Source of the DNA: Takakia lepidozioides
Lineage: Eukaryota > Plantae > Bryophyta
Length of the DNA stretch: 64,000 nucleotides
Direction: 5' to 3'
Assembly: GCA_030704615.1 (NCBI GenBank)
Contig: CM060733.1
Location: 54,374,001-54,438,000 of the forward strand
The notes beneath the pieces were generated by a model that was not told the origin of the DNA, ran no database searches, and saw only the letters and a program-made list of their open reading frames with translations. The position numbers and the translations under genes are program-made. Below, piece by piece: positions 38,151-49,893 of this stretch. The number at the start of each line of letters is the position of its first letter. Within the stretch, counting starts at the first letter, position 1.

Positions 38151-41100
38151 TCATTCGTTACCTACATCCAGAACCACTTCCTGGGTGACATTTTGGGACA
38201 CCACCTTGCGAGGATTGTTAACGGGAACCGGTGACATAATCAATGGCTCGTCACCTTCCACAGGTGTGAACCCTTGACCTAAGGTTTCAACTAACTCCGT
38301 CAATGTCGTTTCATTTCCCCCTGGAGAAGCTGGTTTTTGATTCGTGGTGTTATCGGAACTGGAGGAAGAGCTGTCCAGATTGTGTACACTGTCTGGCTTC
38401 ACGCGTTCTTAGGTATTTGGAGTACTCCCAAGTGTCTCCAACCCGAAAATTTCCTGGCTCTCTCTTCCTCTTTCCCACATCATCGCATCTGCCTCTGGTC
38501 TTCGGTGACGATTTTCATGTTCTCATCTTCATGTTCATGTTCGTCTTTCTCCTCTTCCTCGCCCTGTTCTTGTTTTTCCTCATTTTCTTCGTCATGCTCT
38601 TTGTCGTGTCTTTCCTCGCCTCTTCTTCGTCCACTTCGTCATCCTGTAGTGAGTCTCCGTCGTCTCCGTCTCCTATGATAGTCTGATTATCAATCTGAAG
38701 CGTCTTAAAATAAGCCTCCACCTTGATTCTACAAAATTTCTTTTTCGTTATATAGTTTATGTCAAGCACCCGAATATTTCTTTCCTGCAATGAAACCCAA
38801 CAATGAAATCAAAATAAATCCGACGAACTGCAACCATCGAAAAATTGAAAAGGTAACGGCTTTCTGTTGAGACAACTGACAAACACACCAAACTCCCGAA
38901 TAACAAACACCCACAAATTACTCCCCGATAATAAACAATCCAAACTCCCAAAACATGAACCTCCACTGTCTAGTGGAGGTTCACAATACCAGACAATAGA
39001 CACTGGTTAAACACCGTATCCCAACAACGTCGAAAAAATCAGAGAGACAAATCTGACAAATTACAATTACAAGTAGAACGTATTAAAACAAAGCCAAATT
39101 GCAATTACAAGTAGAACGTATGTCATTGCCGTTCCTCCGAAACGTTCACACAAGACATCCCGTCCCTGCAAAAAAAAAAAACCAGGTAATCGTAGGTGTC
39201 CGCTCAGCTCATGAGTGTAAGGTCGGGTCAACATCTGGTCGTTGGATAATGGGATTAATTGGGTCCGGCGTTAACAGAATAGTCTGAATGTGATCATCTG
39301 GATTCACCATCTCCTCAACTATTGCCGGAAATACGTAGTCGAGGCAGAGGACTGTCTGGGATAATATAGTCGTGCAACTCTTGTAAGGTGATTCAAACTC
39401 GCCGGGAATGTAATAACCATACCGAATAATAAATGACTTTGATCCAGGACCATTCCGGATGTATGACACAAGATTTTCCGATGATTCTTGTGTCGAGAAA
39501 AACACAAAAACACTGGACATGAGCTTCCGAGCCACAAAAACATCTAGGATATTGGAGTAGTCATTTGCCTCAAAGACAGCAGAGTCATCATCACAAACTG
39601 TATTGACAAACACCATCGATATATCCTCAAACCGTTTCTTCGGTGCAAGTCCAAACCGAGATTTTTGGTTCCCCCCCAGCTGTGTATAATGGGACCTGAA
39701 GCTCGTACATAGAATTGCCAGGGCAGTCTGGTTATCCTTAAAGGTCTGCTTGCACGACAAGACATACTTTTTGAAGGCAACAGTCATTGTCCGCATCTCA
39801 ATGTTCATCTTCTCTTTGCTTACAATGTAGTCATTCCCGAGCCGATCTCGAAAAGTTTCAAACTCAGCTTTATTGAAGTTGTATTTTTTTTTCACATCAC
39901 GCCACTCCAGTTTGGTGTACGGTTCCGGGTTCTGTTTTCTCCTCCGAGGCCACCCTAAGACTTCCATTACATCATTGATAATAAACTATCGCAATTTCAT
40001 TTGGTCAATATACGCGCTCATTGTATTCTTTGGATTCGTCCGCACCCCTGAATTTGGTTCCCCGAATGCAAATGTCCCTGTTGAGGATTTTCTCCTCCAC
40101 TCTCTTCAACTGCCTGCTATTAAGTCCTTGCCGTTTTGCGATAGCGGTTTTGTTCAGCGGTAGTTGTTCACCCTTGCACTGAATTCCGAAAATATCAATA
40201 AGCTTTCATTGTTCCCATTGTTTGAACACTTCCTCCCAGAGGTTCTATACATCTTCGTCATAGAGAACCAGAACCATGGCCTCCTTGACGCTACTGATCT
40301 CCAAAATGAGTTGACATGCTTGCCTACGAAAATGATCAGGGAAAAAATTAGACATTTTATTCGATATTTGATATTAATTTTTGAGATGAAACAAAAGTTA
40401 AATCAACCTTTGAACTATCATGTCAATTATACTATACTCCAAAGAATGATTCGATTGCCAATTCATTTCCGTCCATTCTGCCGTGCCTTGTAATTTGAAG
40501 CTCTTTCTGTAGTGTCTCCAGTAATGCGGTGCTCCTTCAAGTCAAATTTGTCCAATCTGTTCATGTTCTCTACCAGGAACAGTTCCAATAATGTGCCTAG
40601 AAAATCCTTGAAAACCCAATGACCATGAAAACTTTTGGAAGCGTTCTCCGCAACATCACATTTTCATATCATATGATGTTTCAAGTATTTTTGCGGCACA
40701 TTTGTGGAACTATTCCAGGTGGAAAACATAAATAGATTGGAAAAAGAAGAGCTGGAGAAGCACCTCATTACCAAACAAGACACATTACAAAAGACCTCAT
40801 CATGTCGAATTTTTGAATGTTGAACCATCCCGCTCGTTGATTGTAGCACCCTCCTTTTTGAAGCTCCTTTTGCAGTGTCTCCTGCTTCGTAATGCGGTGC
40901 TCCTCAAAGTCAAATTTGTCCAATCTGTTCATGTTCTCCACTAGGAACAGTTCCAAAAATGTGACTACAAAATCCTTGAAATACCAGAAGACCATGAAAA
41001 CTTTTGCAAGTGTCATCCGCAGCATCAAGTTTTCATGGTCATATGGTTTTCAAGTATTTTATCGGCACATTTGCGAAACTGTTCCAAGTGGAGAACATAA

Positions 41101-42140
41101 ACCGATTAGAAAAACAAGAGCTGGAGAAGCACCTCATTACGAAACAAGACGCATTACAGAAGACCTCAGCATGCCGAATTTCTGAATGCTTAACAATTCT
41201 GTTTGTTGATTGAAGCACCTTCCTTTTTTAAGCTCTTTTTGTAGTGTCTCTTGCTTGTAATGCAACGCTCCTCCATGTCTATTTTTTCCAATGTTCATGG
41301 TATCTAGAAGGAACAATTTCAAAAATGTTCCGAGGAAATCCTTGAAATACCAAATGACCATTTCTTTGATTTTCTTGGCACATTCGCGAAACTGTTTCAA
41401 GTGGAGAACATAAACATTGGAAAAAAAAAAGGTGGAGAAGCACCTCATTATGAAACAATAGACATTATATAAGACTTCACCATGCCAAATATTTGAAGGA
41501 TGTAACTTTTCGTTCGTCACATTAAAACCGATCTTGAAAATGTTTTGATTTTCGAGCAAAAACAACAAAAAATACAATGAATCATTTACCTTCCATTGTC
41601 TTGTCTCCGACTGTGTTGTGCGATCGTTGTACTTTTTGGGCTTCCCCCTCAGCTCGAAGAAATTCCGGGCATGTACAACTTTCTCGGGAAATGTTGTGTT
41701 AAATTTATGCACCTTATTTTGGTCGTTTAGGAGCTTAGATAGCTTCACGAGCCTCATCAGATCCTTTCACCATATAATCTCCGAGGGCTAGTCAGAGTAG
41801 TACTTATTAAGATTGTCGTCGTCTACGTCTTCCAGAAGTTCCTGGGACAGAATTGAATAAGGTCAGAAATGCTAGCAACCTAACAAGCATGATGTTTAAA
41901 GTGCATGAACCTCCACTATCCAGTGGAGGTTCATGTTATTACAAAATGTGGTTTAATTGAGACATTTACCTTGGCAGCAATGATGGTGTGTTGTCCACCA
42001 ATGACGAAGAATCTGGACTTTTCCACCTCCTTCCAGTTCCGAGGTTTCGAACTAGAAACCTCTATAGGCTTCTCGGGGTTTGCTGGAATCAAATAAACTG
42101 GATGTTTGGAGTCGGTGCTTTATAACATCCGCGGAAAGCT
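38151..42140 (-). pseudogene. Spliced gene encoding a ParB/Srx-like domain, a helical region, a degenerate beta-class N6/N4 DNA-methyltransferase-like fold and an acidic tail; 5'-truncated and decayed
   Basis: Exon 42140-41970 ..VYLIP..SRFFVIGGQHTIIAAK. Exon 41841-41590 LSKLLNDQNKVHKFNTTFPEKVVHARNFF. Exon from 40323 VLYDEDV*NLWEEVFKQWEQ..QGLNSRQL..; DISMVFVNT (motif-IV position); YDYLVFFFCRDGMSCVN(V)FGGTAMTYVLL | ERNIRVLDINY (motif X-I-II-like, needs one frameshift). GT-AG junctions. Confidence 0.6.
40497..41478. repeat. Six-copy alternating-orientation array of a ~140-bp exon-derived unit (three ~365-bp fold-back units, the last shortened)
   Basis: Minus copies (40497-40625, 40860-41003, 41230-41360) read FKDF..TFLELFLVENMNRLDK..EHRITKQETLQK. 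Plus copies (40660-40795, 41030-41168, 41365-41478) read FKYF.GTF..LFQVENINRLEK.ELEKHLITKQD.LQK. Exact IR gaccatgaaaactt / aagttttcatggtc at a turn. Confidence 0.85.
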
Positions 42141-42564
42141 CATAGAGCTTATGGGACAAAATGAAGAAAACATGAGAGAGGAAACAAAACCAGAACCCAA
42201 GAATGAGAACTAATGTTCTAGTGATTGTCTAAGGGTGAAAGCCTTGTGCAGGTAAGCTGCCAAGCATTTCAAATCCTCATAGTGGAAGACCTCAATGAGA
42301 GATTGGGTTCCACTGAAAAAACATTGGAATCTCCCACGGATCTCGTAGTATAGAGGGTAGTAGAAGAAGAAGTGTTCTTCAGTTTCAATTTCCCGGCTCC
42401 GCCCTATGCAAGCTGGACAGAGGTGGTCCTCCTGATGCAGGTTTTCCCATTTGCCAGTCTATATCCGTAGGTTGTGGGAATCCACCCTGAACCGCCCCAA
42501 TGCCCTCAAGGGGGAAGGAGCTAAGGATGCTGAATTGGCCTCAAGATTCTATCATCTCGGAGCA

Positions 42565-45500
42565 CCAGAGAGCACGGCAAAGAGAACATAGCAAGCCAAC
42601 CCAGAGCACAGAACAAAACTACAATGACCGGGCTAACAAACCAAATTGCAAATGGGGTTTGACTAAAGCCGCACCTTGGGAATGTTCTAATTGAGCTCCT
42701 TATCCTCTGGATCAGGTAGGTAGTATGACTTACCTTAGAACATACAATTATCCTAGTTTTCCAGATATCCTCTAGAAATCCCTTCTATCTGCTGTGTGTG
42801 ATTTGCCCAATAATGAGGCCCCAAAAGGGTATGGGCTTTTGGCTCAGCCTCGAGACTTTCAAAGTTGGTAAACAGAGGTACAGGCACAATTCCCTTGATG
42901 GATGGATTTGAAGAGGACGTGTCTCTGCGACGAGAGTACCCAGGACAATGAATCAGAAAGTGAAAATTGTCTTCAGGTTACCCACACAACTGGCATTTGC
43001 AATCCCCCTTTCCTCTCCGCTTCTCTTTGCTGTTCAAAGGTAGGCTTCCCGCCCTAAGTTTAAATTTCAGTCTAGTGCCAAGGGTGAGAAAACCCTTAAT
43101 GTCATCTATGATATCCTCTCCTATGTCACAGACCGGAAACAAGTTCGGGGAAGTTTTCTGCCTAACTTCATTTTCATCATACAATTTCCTGGCAACAGAC
43201 ATGGCTTCAGACACTACAGCATCTGTAAGTCAGATTTATCCAGCAGGGTCACGGCTTGCGGACTTAGATGCAGATCCGTGAGAATCTCTTCTACTCTCTT
43301 CCGCCAGTTTGACGGGGCGATCCTGCTCCCAAGATATAAGTAGAGTCGATTAACTTAGGATATCTGATATGTGGCGAGTTGACTGTCAACAGATTCATGG
43401 AGGCTCTTGTCGTGGTGCTTGTCAAATCCAGCCAAGTAGTTGTGAAGAAAAAACCGCTCATAACTCTAACGAATGCACGGTGAATGTCCGAAAGTGTGAG
43501 GGAACATAATTGTACGCACAAGCACTCATCATAGTCCATGGATGAGGACCTCACGGTAACATGTCATTTATCTAATATAAGCCATCTCCTAAAGCCAATA
43601 TTTCTCCTGGAGAATATGGCCTCCATCATATTCATAAACCAAGCCATCAGAGAAGTCCATCCAAGCATTACCATATAAGAGGATCCGAATCAGCACACAG
43701 GAATGGTTGCAGGGAAGAAGTGAAATGGATTGGAGGAAAATGCATCATATTCTTATTGTTGTTCTTCCAGAGATCTGCTTCTTCCTCTAAGGGTGATGTT
43801 GCCCCCAATGTGCACTATGGATTGAATCTCAAAACATTCGAATTAGATCTTGAGGTCAATTTTTCGCAATACGAAAAAGCAAGCCAGGCTGTGATGCATC
43901 CATCTTTACGGGGTAAGAAGTATCTCAGCAAGTGAACCTGGGAGGGATAAAGGGAAGAAGAAAAATGGAGATTTAGAGTTAGATGGATGCCTGTGGTCGA
44001 AACCCACTCGAACATCATACTGTTATTGTTGTTCTTCCAGAGATCTGCTTCTTTGTGTAAGGGTGATGTTGCCCCCAGTGTGCACTATGGATTTAATCTC
44101 AAAACATTCGAATTAGATCTTGATGTCATTTTTTCGGAATACAAAAAAGCGAGCTAGGCTGTGATGCATCCATCTTTACGGTTAAGAAATATCTCAGCAA
44201 GTGAACCTGGGAGGGGGACATTCTGACTTAAAGTCTGGGTTTAGGGTTTTGAGGGTAAGAGTAGAAACTTTCAATTTGCTTGAAAGGGCAGTTAACACGT
44301 TTCGTGTGGCTTCCAGGTGGGGTTCATCTTGACGCTCTCCCAATCCTAGAAACAAACACTGCAGAGGAACAAATTCCAAAACAAGAAAATGCTCTTTTGA
44401 GGAATAAGAGGAAACCTCCGCAACAAAAGTTTTCACAACTCTGGAGAAGTTGGATAAACGTGGTCGTCTCCGAACACCTCGAGCTGCCCGGTAGCTTTCA
44501 TTGTGAGGTTCTCTCCCCGTATCCACACCATTTTTTTTTGTATATATCGTTATACCCCCCTTTTGGTTCAATGCTGTCCTGTAACTAAACTCATAAGCTA
44601 CTGGGAGGTCGGTTATGGTGCCGATTGTGAAGGAATGGATTGCCTTGGCCAGTTTTCTTCCACATGCTAGTTTTGTTTTATGAATTTGAGGTTGCTCCTG
44701 AGGTTCTGCTCAGGACACTCTGCACATAATACAGTTCTGCAAACATATAAGGATGAACTGAATTTTCATAGCAATTGTGCACAGCTGTAGCATCCAGTTA
44801 AGGGGAAATCTACGTGGAAGAAAAAGCAAAGGAAGGGAGAAGGAGAAGAAAATAGAAATGTTCTTTAGGAACTGAAATCATGATACTCAAGAAAGACTGG
44901 GGTCCATGGTAACCAAGATAAGGGGGACCATCTTCTCTTTTCTCTCTCTTAGTGATTGAAATTCCCTCCCCTTGTTCAGGCCAGATCATCGAGTTCCTGA
45001 CATGGACGCCCCTCAACACGACATGGAGGTATTGAAGGAGGCGAGCTTGAAATTTGCACAGGAGTTGGCTATAGTGCCAAACCTACCCTTTCTCTCTCAG
45101 CAGGAGCCGGGGAGGCAAATTGGAGAGCTGGGGAGGAAACTGGACCAATGCATGCAGCAGATTGATCTGCGCATGCAACAGATCGACGAGCAATGAAACA
45201 GATGACACAGATGCTCGGTAGGGAGATGGCCGTGGGGTTCGCACGCATGAACCAACAAATGACTGCGAGAGCAATCAACTCCTCCCTCCCTCTGCCGTCG
45301 CCACTCCTGCAGATTGTTGATAGGCATGGAAATGTTCCCCACAACTTCCCTGCAACTAAAGGCAACGTTATGTTGTTGCAGGAAGATGCTTTGGATGCAC
45401 TTCTGCACGCATACGAGCTAACCACCATACCAGGTGGTGGGATTACTCAGAAGAGGAGTGTCATAGCGCTGCACTTAGGCTTCCTCGCCTGATTCTAGAG

Positions 45501-46320
45501 ACTAGAATGTTTTGTTGACTAGACACGGCTCCTCTCTTGGCCCTAGGGGCACTGGATCCAAATCCTTTTACAATGCTGAGCTACAATGCTGGAAACTAGT
45601 TTCTCACCAGACTGACTTCAACAGCAATTTCATACAATCATTTTCTTTACTTTTTCCCCTAAGTGGCAGGTTGGTTGTTGGCACTGCTGAGGTTCAACCA
45701 TCATCCATTGGGGGATTTATTTTGCAGTTTCTGTAGTGGGTCAGCTGATCGCAGAAAGTAGTAAACTGTGTCCAAGAAGTTGGTTCGTAAAACTTAGAAT
45801 GATCTCCATTTTGTGTAACCGCAATGCAACTTCTCTGACGAAAAGCCTTCAGTGAGCAGCATAGATATGTTTAGGAGCTCTGGCCTAATTTACTTCTCTG
45901 TTGATCAGGTTTTGAATGGATCCAAAAAAACGTCTAGGCTGTGGGGAGGAAGAATGTCTAGGTTGTCAGCAAAGAACCTGCCTAAACCTGTGGCTGGGCA
46001 ATGCACATTAGGACAACCTATCCCTGCCCTCAAACCTTGATACCTCCCAGTTACAAACATGGCATGTATGTCAACACCTCTGGCAGTGTGGTGTTTAGCT
46101 AAACTTGTCACAACCCAACTAGTCTGCCATTGTTGCTTTACCTGTAGTGCCCTGTGAGAGCATGCGGTGTTTTTAAACTGCTCCTCTACATTTCAGTGGC
46201 CCATTTAAGGCCTCACAGGTCAGTGGCACGTTTTCTAGTGTTGTAAATCCAGGAATACTGCCCAGAAGTTATATTGGCAGGGAAAGCTTGTCACAGCGTT
46301 TCACTTGTGCCAATGCAGAC
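42565..46320. repeat. Mosaic segmental duplication 2 of the NusB / Mug135-like / SEC20 locus
   Basis: 42565-42720 matches 49505-49660. 42720-43670 matches 22960-23890. Tandem duplicate 43743-43945 / 44013-44215. 43918-44015 matches NusB intron 51230-51330. 44270-44900 matches inverted 53430-54135. 45510-46320 matches inverted SEC20 intron blocks. Confidence 0.85.
45002..45492 (+). pseudogene. Mug135-like gene, copy 3 (near-intact, 163 aa if a single 1-nt deletion near 45191 is corrected)
   Basis: MDAPQHDMEVLKEASLKFAQELAIVPNLP.., Gln-rich coiled coil, then MTARAINSSLPLPSPLLQIVDRHGNVPHNFPATKGNVMLLQEDALDALLHAYELTTIPGGGITQKRSVIALHLGFLA*. No introns seen. Confidence 0.75.
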
Positions 46321-47851
46321 TGGATTAGCAATACTGCAACCGTCTGATTGATGGCCTCGTTGCTCACGGTAGGCACATTGCCTTGCCAGGGTAGATTTCA
46401 ACACACAATTGAACACATAAATATAGGTAATGTTACATGACAGGCCATTACATGCTTCTCTCACATGCCACTGCTGTTGAGGTACAAGGTTTCAGGTCAG
46501 CTTCCCTCCCACCCCTCTTGCTGCCTATTCTGGGGCAGCCAATCTTTCGCTGAGGTCTTCCATTATGAGGACCAGAAATGCTTGGGAGCATATCTGCAGG
46601 AGGCTTTCCATCTTAGAAAATCTCTTGACATTTAGTTGTTTTTGGGATGCTCGCTGAGGGCCCACTTTCTTTTTTTGTGTCCTGCTTTTGTCCCATAAGC
46701 TCTTTGAGTTTTCCTTGGACATTGCTTCCCTACTGCCACAAACTACGGAAGGTTTGGAATTTTCTTCCAAACTCGACCACAAACAAATGCATCAAGCAGG
46801 GGTTGCTTTGTGTTAGGCGGAGCTGGAAACTAGTTTATCTTACAATAAAACTACAATTCTATCGGGAGACATTCTTGGTCCTCCACTACATGATATAATC
46901 TTACAGCCCCATTATTTGTTGATTCTATCTCCATCTCTTCTAACAGCATTAGGAAGGTTTCTAGTGTGTTGTCACACTGTCTGGTAGCTGGGACAACCTG
47001 GAGTGTGCTGACCACCTGTGCCTGGCTTGTGTTAGAGATGACCCAATCTGATCAACATATCTTCCTTCACTGCCCTCTCTACCATGAGATCAGGCTGAGA
47101 TAATGTTTGACTATTTAGAGATAGCCAATCCTTACAAAAGGTGTTGCACTAGGAGGGTCAGAAATTCTTGGCAGTCTAGCTGCATGAGGCCTTACATGTT
47201 AGACAATCCCTTGATGAATAGTTGTTTTTGGGCTGCTTGTTGATGGTCCCACTCTCTTTCTTGTTTCCTGTTTTCTCTTGTTCCTTGAGCTTTATGCGGA
47301 CTTATGAAAGTGTCATTTCTTTTCATTTCTTTCTCTTTACAGGTGTGACCAATTTTGTTCTTCTTTCCCTCTGTCTGTGTTCCTTGTGCATAAAACTGTC
47401 CTCACCTATAATCTCTTTCCCCATAAAATGGCTTCAGGGTCAAGTGAGAAAGTCAGGTTATATTCCCTGGTGCTTGTGGAGGGTTTTGCATGCCTCTGAT
47501 TTAATCCACAGAGAATATAGGATCTGGTAGACAATCGTCTATCTTTGGACACTCATAGCCTGTGAGCAAAAGAGTGGACATCTGTTGGTGGTGGGAGACG
47601 GGCACAATGGTAGTCAAGCGCACATCATGGTTAGAACAGTGCCCCGTAAAAGATCAAAGGGTACCCAGCCCACGGGTCACTATACATCAAAAGAGCTCCA
47701 GCATTTTACCAAGTCACTTACTCGCCGAGGAATTTTTCTCTTGAGGCTACAGCTGGTCACTGCGCCATCGGTATCAATGCGATTGTATCAGCTGGTTCAT
47801 TGCCAATATGGTACGTGTTTCAATTTATAGTGTTTTTGTTGTGGAAGGCAG

Positions 47852-48328
47852 GCACAGCAAAAGGGCTCTATTGGCATCATCATGGACATGCAGTGGTATG
47901 AAGCCATGTCTGACTCTGTGGAAGACATTGATGCTGCTGAGCGGGTACAAAGCGTTTGTATTGCAATGGTGACATGAAGCGCCACCCCCACGGACTCAAT
48001 TAGTGCTGGAGTGGAAAGGGATGGATATAGGGGGAGGAGACTATAATAGGGAAGAGAACTGTGAAATACTTCCTATCACTGGAAGATACTTGGGAAGCTT
48101 GCAGGTTTTTGGACCCAATTTATTTTGGAAGTTATCCTGCAGCCATGCAAGATCTCATTGGGGACCGCCTTCCTATTTTCTCAGAGAGCGAATCACATGC
48201 TATAAAAGGGTCTGTGGACTTTATGGGTATCAATCACTACACCACTCATTACGTATCAAATCAACCAAACTCGTCCAGATTCTCCACCATTGTGGACGAA
48301 TACATGGACACGCTGGCCATATCATCTT
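47852..48328 (+). pseudogene. Glycoside hydrolase family 1 (beta-glucosidase) orphan exons
   Basis: AQQKGSIGIIMDMQWYEAMSDSVEDIDAAER and FLDPIYFGSYPAAMQDLIGDRLPIFS..IKGSVDFMGINHYTT with an intervening GT-AG intron. Catalytic TFNEP/ITENG exons are not found. Confidence 0.85.
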
Positions 48329-49893
48329 GTATGGCCTCTCTCTCTCTTTCCCCCCTCTGTGGCCCCATAAAGTTTCTTGTCTTACGCACATTATTATGTT
48401 TAATTTTATTTCTTACTAGCTAATCTTTTTGCATCTTTCACCCACCAACTTGCACACTTCTTTGTTAAACTGAAGAAGATTGATTCAGGGGTGCTTATGT
48501 CTTGACCACCCACGCAATATGCACCCATTATCCCAGCATAGGGTTAGGACTCATCCGGTTACAAACAGAGGGCCCCTTCAAAGAGTTCATCTTTTAGCAA
48601 GTTGTTAAAAGGATTCATCCTGGAAGAATTCGCAAATAGTGCTCAGTGTACTTCCATCCCTTCCAAGCTGGGTGGACTGCACAGGGGCCTCTCTATTGTA
48701 GACTTCAACGAGGATCCACTAAAAATAGTTGGGGCCCTGGCCTCCTGGCCATGAAATAGGAACTCATGAATCTCAAATATGAAGAGATGTCTGGTTAAAT
48801 CCCAGTCAGCCAGGCAGTAGTTTCATGTGTCTTTCAACCTACTTGCCTTTGCAATATGCTCATGGGTTCTGTATGACCAAACCTTTCAACCTCCTTTTCT
48901 CTCCTCCTTGCTCCCTCTGAGTCTCTGAGTGGAGTAAAGTTATGGTTTTCTGAGACATGTCATTTCTCCCAACCCCAACTTCAAGCTCGGTGGAGAGAGG
49001 TCATTTAATGAGATGTCCGGTTGCAAAAGAGTCCCAGAGAGTATTGAACAGGATCCGAAGCAGCACAGGAACCAATTACAGGAAAGTAGACAAAGGAAAT
49101 TGTGGAAAACGCATAGTAATCTTTTTGTTGAAGATCTTTCTGTAAGGGTGATGTCACACCCAATGTGCGCGAATTCAATTTCAAAACATTCAAATTAAGG
49201 AGGGGTGCCAAGTTCAAAAATACAAGTTCAAGCGCACAGCATATTTTCATCTAGAACGTGGACCAAAGAGGGTAGCTCTCAAACAGCACCAGTGTTTCCT
49301 TGGGGCAGGGGATATCTGCATCTAGAAGATGGACCCAAGAGACGTGCACCATGCTCTTCAACAGCACTGCTGTTTCTTTGGGGAAGGGGGAAGGGTCAAG
49401 CCCATCCACTTTGTTCCTTGCTATGCTTGGAAATGTAAACCTGTGAAAAGCCATGAGGCAAGCGACCAAGGTCCCTGTGACTTGGGACAAGAAGCTAACC
49501 AAAAGGCAAGAGAGCACAGCAAGAGAACAGAGCAAGCCAACCCAGTGCACAGAACAAAACTACAATGAACGGGCTAACAAACCAAACTGCAGATGGGCTT
49601 TGACTGAAGCCACGCCTTGGGAATGTTCTAATTGAGCTCCTTATCCTCTGGATCAGGCAGGGAGCAGGCAGGAAGCAACTGGAGCAGATCTAGAATGCCG
49701 TTGAGCGTAGTTTCCATGAACAGCTGAACACAACCACCACCGCAACCCCAACCTTCGAGACAAGAGACAACAGTCCATGAGTACACATGCCCACCCTTAC
49801 TTTGGTGAAGCATTCATCGCATAGCCGAGTAAAAACAACATGCGACAAAGTGCTTTATATTATTCAGTTGTAAAATAAGATGAAAACCATCAA

